Shown: positions 61,048-64,000 of the stretch, in pieces
Position numbering within the stretch: the stretch's first letter is position 1
Layout of the letters: each line of letters begins with the position of its first letter
Assembly: GCA_052143835.1 (NCBI GenBank)
Contig: JBKQRV010000142.1
Location: 8,995-72,994 of the forward strand
DNA from: Alphaproteobacteria bacterium
GTDB lineage: Bacteria; Pseudomonadota; Alphaproteobacteria; JACZXZ01
DNA: 64,000 nt
Reading direction: 5' to 3'
Program-made: the position numbers and the translations under genes
Notes under the pieces: model-generated
What the model was told of the DNA's origin: nothing
The model's input: only the letters and a program-made list of their open reading frames with translations
Databases searched by the model: none

Positions 61048-61123
61048 TTGGCGCGCCCTGGAGGATTCGAACCTCCGACCCACAGCTTAGAAGGCTGTTG
61101 CTCTATCCTCTGAGCTAAGGGCG
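61048..61123 (-). tRNA. tRNA-Arg (anticodon TCT)
   Basis: Hand-folded cloverleaf: acceptor GCGCCCT/AGGGCGC, D-stem GCTC/GAGC, anticodon stem ACAGC/GCTGT with loop CTTCTAA, T-arm GGAGG-TTCGAAT-CCTCC, encoded CCA. Confidence 0.85.
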
Positions 61124-61161
61124 CGCTCTCGCGAGGCATCCCGGGCCGCGCGGCGCGGTCC

Positions 61162-61458
61162 TCACGCCGGGCGATTATATCTGAAATTGTCCGCGTAGCT
61201 CTTGGGGCGGATCTGGCGCGCGTGCGGCTCGGAGAGCGTGTAGCTGTAGCCCTGGCGCTCGGCGTAGGCGATGGCCTCGGCCTCGCTGGCAAAGCGCAGC
61301 TGCACTTGCGTCCGCGTGTCGGCCGAGCTGGTCCAGCCCATGAGCGGATCGTGCGTCCGCGGGTGTTGCTGCTCGAACTCCATCACCCACTCGCGCGTGT
61401 TGGCGGTGCCCGACTGCATGGCACTCTTGGCCGGGCGGTATATGCGCACGTTCGCCAT
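61162..61458 (-). CDS. NDUFS4-like ETC complex I subunit family protein
   Basis: 98 aa (MANVRIYRPAKSAMQSG ... EWVMEFE ... PLMGWTSS ... FASEAEAIAYAERQG). Confidence 0.7.
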   Translation of the reverse strand: MANVRIYRPAKSAMQSGTANTREWVMEFEQQHPRTHDPLMGWTSSADTRTQVQLRFASEAEAIAYAERQGYSYTLSEPHARQIRPKSYADNFRYNRPA

Positions 61459-61603
61459 GACGTTCCTCTTCTCCCAGCAGCGCCTCGCGGCCGCGATAGG
61501 GCCCGCGACCAGGCGCAAGCCCGCGGCAAAGCTATAGTGCGGAACGCGCGCTCCGGCAAGAGCCACGCGCGCTAAGCGGGCCCGGCCCGGCCGAGAGGCG
61601 GAG

Positions 61604-62044
61604 CTACTTGAGCTCGACGTGAACGTTGCGGTTATCCTGCGAGGCGGTGCCGCGCGGCGTGGGCACCCGCGGATCGCTCTCGCCCTTGGCAACGGTGGTG
61701 ATGTCGTCCGCAGGCACGCCGTGCTTGACGAGATACTTCTTGACCTCCTCCGCCCGCCATTTGCTGAGCCGCACGTCGCTGGTATGCAGGCCCGTCATGT
61801 CGGTATGGCCGGTGAGCACGACCTTTGGCTGCCCCAATTTCGCGATCGCGGCTGCCGCCTGGTCCAGGATGCCTGCGTCGCCGGGGCGAATTTTGAACTG
61901 GCCGGAATCGAAGAAGATCCAATATTCCCTCGCCGGCGGCGCCTCGTCCTGAGCCGGCGCGGCGCTGCCCGGCCCCGCCGCGTGCGCCAATGCCAACGGC
62001 GCCAGGATGAAAAATAGCGCGGCGATGCGTCCCACGATTCTCAT
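61604..62044 (-). CDS. OmpA-family peptidoglycan-binding protein
   Basis: Signal peptide and an OmpA C-like domain (TGHTDMTG ... SKWRAEEVKKYLVKHGV). Confidence 0.75.
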   Translation of the reverse strand: MRIVGRIAALFFILAPLALAHAAGPGSAAPAQDEAPPAREYWIFFDSGQFKIRPGDAGILDQAAAAIAKLGQPKVVLTGHTDMTGLHTSDVRLSKWRAEEVKKYLVKHGVPADDITTVAKGESDPRVPTPRGTASQDNRNVHVELK

Positions 62045-62065
62045 GGCCCCCCTCTTCCGATTATT

Positions 62066-62142
62066 TGGTCGGGGCGAGAGGATTCGAACCTCCGGCCTCC
62101 TGCTCCCAAAGCAGGCGCTCTACCAGGCTGAGCTACGCCCCG
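62066..62142 (-). tRNA. tRNA-Pro (anticodon TGG)
   Basis: Hand-folded: acceptor CGGGGCG/CGCCCCG, D-arm GCTC-AGCCTGGTA-GAGC, anticodon stem CCTGC/GCAGG with loop TTTGGGA, T-arm GGAGG-TTCGAAT-CCTCT, discriminator A, encoded CCA. Confidence 0.85.
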
Positions 62143-62403
62143 ACCGCATGCGCCTAGGCTTGCAAGCATTAGGCTTGTAGAGAGTCTGCCGCGCGCGGGC
62201 AAGCCTCAACTGGCGCCCTCCGAGCATCGGCTTGCCGAGCCTGCCGGGCGCGTCCGCCTAACGCCCCCGCTCCCTGGTACCCCGCACGAAGAAATAAGCG
62301 CGCGTCACTGCGCACATGAGGACGCGCGCCCGGGCGGCCTCTTTCCGTTGCCGCCGAGCTCGGGCACAATCGCACCACGCCAAGCCCAGAGAGAGGTATC
62401 CCC

Positions 62404-63069
62404 TTGTCCGTGCGATCAACCCATCTGACAGACAAGCTTTACGACTATCTGCTCGCCGTCTCCTTGCGCGACGACAGGCTCTTGCGCCGCCTGCGCCGCG
62501 AGACGGAGCGCATGCCGATGGGCGGCATGCAGATCTCGCGCGAGCAGGGCCAATTCATGGGCCTCCTCGTCGAGCTGATGGGTGCGAGGAAGGCGCTCGA
62601 GGTCGGCACCTTCACCGGTTACAGCTCCCTTTGCGTCGCCCGCGCGCTGCCCGCGGACGGCCGGCTCGTCTGCTGCGACGTGAGCGAGGCGTTCACCAGG
62701 ATCGCGCGCAACTATTGGCGGCAGGCCGGCGTCGCCCGCAAGGTGACGCTTGAGCTCGGCCCGGCGCTTCGCACCCTCGACCGGCTCATCGCCGGCGGTG
62801 CGGCTGGAAGTTTCGATTTCGCCTTCATCGATGCCGACAAGCCGAACTACCGGAATTACTACGAGCGCTGTCTCGAGCTCGTGAGGCCCGGCGGCCTGAT
62901 CGCCGTCGACAACGTGTTGTGGGGCGGCAGGGTCGTGGATGCGCGCAAAAAGGATGCCGACACCAAGGCGATCCGCGCCTTCAACAGGCGCCTCAAGGAG
63001 GACCGGCGCATCCTTCTCAGCATGCTCCCGCTCGGCGACGGCCTGAGCTTGGCGCTCAAGCGCCGCTGA
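62404..63069 (+). CDS. class I SAM-dependent O-methyltransferase (caffeoyl-CoA OMT-like)
   Basis: ALEVGTFTGYSSL motif I and a LVRPGGLIAVDNVLW region; TTG start as given by the ORF track. Confidence 0.8.
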   Translation: MSVRSTHLTDKLYDYLLAVSLRDDRLLRRLRRETERMPMGGMQISREQGQFMGLLVELMGARKALEVGTFTGYSSLCVARALPADGRLVCCDVSEAFTRIARNYWRQAGVARKVTLELGPALRTLDRLIAGGAAGSFDFAFIDADKPNYRNYYERCLELVRPGGLIAVDNVLWGGRVVDARKKDADTKAIRAFNRRLKEDRRILLSMLPLGDGLSLALKRR

Positions 63070-63105
63070 GCGCCGCGCCCGCGGGTGCGGGCGGAACAAT
63101 TCGCC

Positions 63106-63702
63106 TCAGTTGCCGAAGATCGGGTGGATGACGCGGTCGCCCGGCTTGATCTTGAGCCGCGACGCCGTGCCGCTGTTGAGCTCGAGCACCGCAAATACCG
63201 GCTCGCCCGAGGAGATGGTCGCGAGCGAGAACGGCACGGTGCGCTCGGCGATATGGACGATGCGGCCGTCCCGCGCGATGAAAAGCATGTCGAGCGGCAG
63301 GACGGTGTCCTTCATCCACATGGCGACCGGCTCGACCTCCTTGAAGTCGAACAGCATGCCCGCGTCGGGCGCCATCGCGGTGCGGAACATGAGGCCTTGC
63401 TCGCGCTCTGTGTCCGTGGTCGCGACCTCGACGGTGAAGCGATGCTCGACCCCGTCGGACGTCTTGATCACGAGCGGGCTCGTCGGCAGCTCCGCCGCGC
63501 GCGCCGAATCCGGCATCGCAAGCAAGAGCGCGCCGAGTGCCATGAGCGGAAGCAACAGCTTGAGCGCGCGCAGGATCGGCCAGCCTCGCGGCGCGAGCGG
63601 AGGCCTGGTTCCGCAGCTCGAGCGACGACGAATCTCGTCGCCGCTGAAGTGTCGAGGGCCCGACATGGCGCCCAAGTCTAGCGAAGTTGGCGACGAAGAC
63701 AA
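63106..63702 (-). CDS. DUF192-domain secreted protein
   Basis: Signal peptide (LLLPLMALGALLLAMPDSARA) followed by a DUF192-like core (GLMFR ... MWMKDTVLPLDMLFI). The true start is probably the internal Met at about 63666. Confidence 0.6.
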   Translation of the reverse strand: MSSSPTSLDLGAMSGPRHFSGDEIRRRSSCGTRPPLAPRGWPILRALKLLLPLMALGALLLAMPDSARAAELPTSPLVIKTSDGVEHRFTVEVATTDTEREQGLMFRTAMAPDAGMLFDFKEVEPVAMWMKDTVLPLDMLFIARDGRIVHIAERTVPFSLATISSGEPVFAVLELNSGTASRLKIKPGDRVIHPIFGN

Positions 63703-63780
63703 CGCCCGAGCGAGCCGCTCCCGGACGTGCGCTGATTGTCCCCGAGCTCGGAGGGAGGCCCGCGCCTTTTCCGGCTCGTC

Positions 63781-64000
63781 TCAGCGAGCGCCCTTTGGCG
63801 GCTTCAGGAGGGCAAGAATCCGCGACGGAATCGGCTCGCCTGCGAATGCCTGATAAAGCGAGCGCAGCTCGGATAGGCGGGCATCGTCGTCGGGATTGCG
63901 CTTGCTCCGGCCGAGGCGTCCATTGCCCCGTGTGGCGCTCGACCTCGCCTCCGGCCCTCGCCGGGCGCTTGCCTCCCGCCCGCGCGGTTTTCCCTCGGAA
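63781..64000 (-). CDS. C-terminal fragment of unidentified protein (5' end beyond window)
   Basis: The open minus-strand frame runs from the window edge to a TGA at 63781-63783 (... RLSELRSLYQAFAGEPIPSRILALLKPPKGAR*). No family recognised. Confidence 0.3.
   Translation of the reverse strand, partial: SEGKPRGREASARRGPEARSSATRGNGRLGRSKRNPDDDARLSELRSLYQAFAGEPIPSRILALLKPPKGAR

Overview
This is a high-GC (about 67-68%) chromosomal window with gene content typical of an alphaproteobacterium (Rhizobiales-like). It is densely coding on both strands, with roughly 55 protein genes and two tRNA genes on the minus strand; no rRNA, CRISPR array, transposase or integrase was recognised.

Core content, in order:
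- a 5'-truncated GGDEF diguanylate cyclase;
- a minus-strand glycosylation operon (UDP-glucuronate decarboxylase UXS, a GT2 polyprenyl-phosphate glycosyltransferase, a short SAM-methyltransferase fragment, and a large polytopic GT-C-like membrane protein);
- an amidohydrolase, tcuA-like and HIBADH-like block;
- a TetR-regulated RND efflux operon (outer-membrane factor, membrane fusion protein, RND pump), with a recognisable sigma70 promoter and palindromic operator;
- pncA, dodecin, mtnA and iorAB-type molybdenum hydroxylase genes;
- a LexA-box-controlled imuA-imuB-dnaE2 SOS mutagenesis cassette;
- assorted metabolic genes (cysK-like, sseA, metC, hisI, three GNAT acetyltransferases, an MFS transporter, alpha/beta hydrolases, a class III aminotransferase and an M20 peptidase);
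- a Dpp-type ABC peptide transporter;
- a HigB/HigA-like toxin-antitoxin pair next to tRNA-Arg(TCT);
- an NDUFS4-like gene, an OmpA-like gene, tRNA-Pro(TGG), an O-methyltransferase and a DUF192 gene.

The most unusual locus is a divergently transcribed gene pair at 21.9-28.2 kb:
- One gene encodes a TPR-like, SLOG (DprA-like Rossmannoid) and class III nucleotidyl cyclase fusion.
- The other encodes a 1418-aa protein: a DUF4062/TIR-like N-terminal domain, a P-loop STAND NTPase, a single transmembrane helix, and about 13-14 tandem 42-residue TPR_10/12-type repeats.
- I interpret this pair as a candidate, apparently undescribed, nucleotide-second-messenger signalling or conflict (defence-like) module.

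Other notable structures:
- a family of roughly 165-205 bp self-complementary repeat elements built on the nonamer CACGGAGGA, in two copies, one of which splits imuB from dnaE2;
- a GC-rich double-hairpin palindrome inserted in-frame inside dnaE2;
- a nested-palindrome intergenic element at about 50.5 kb.
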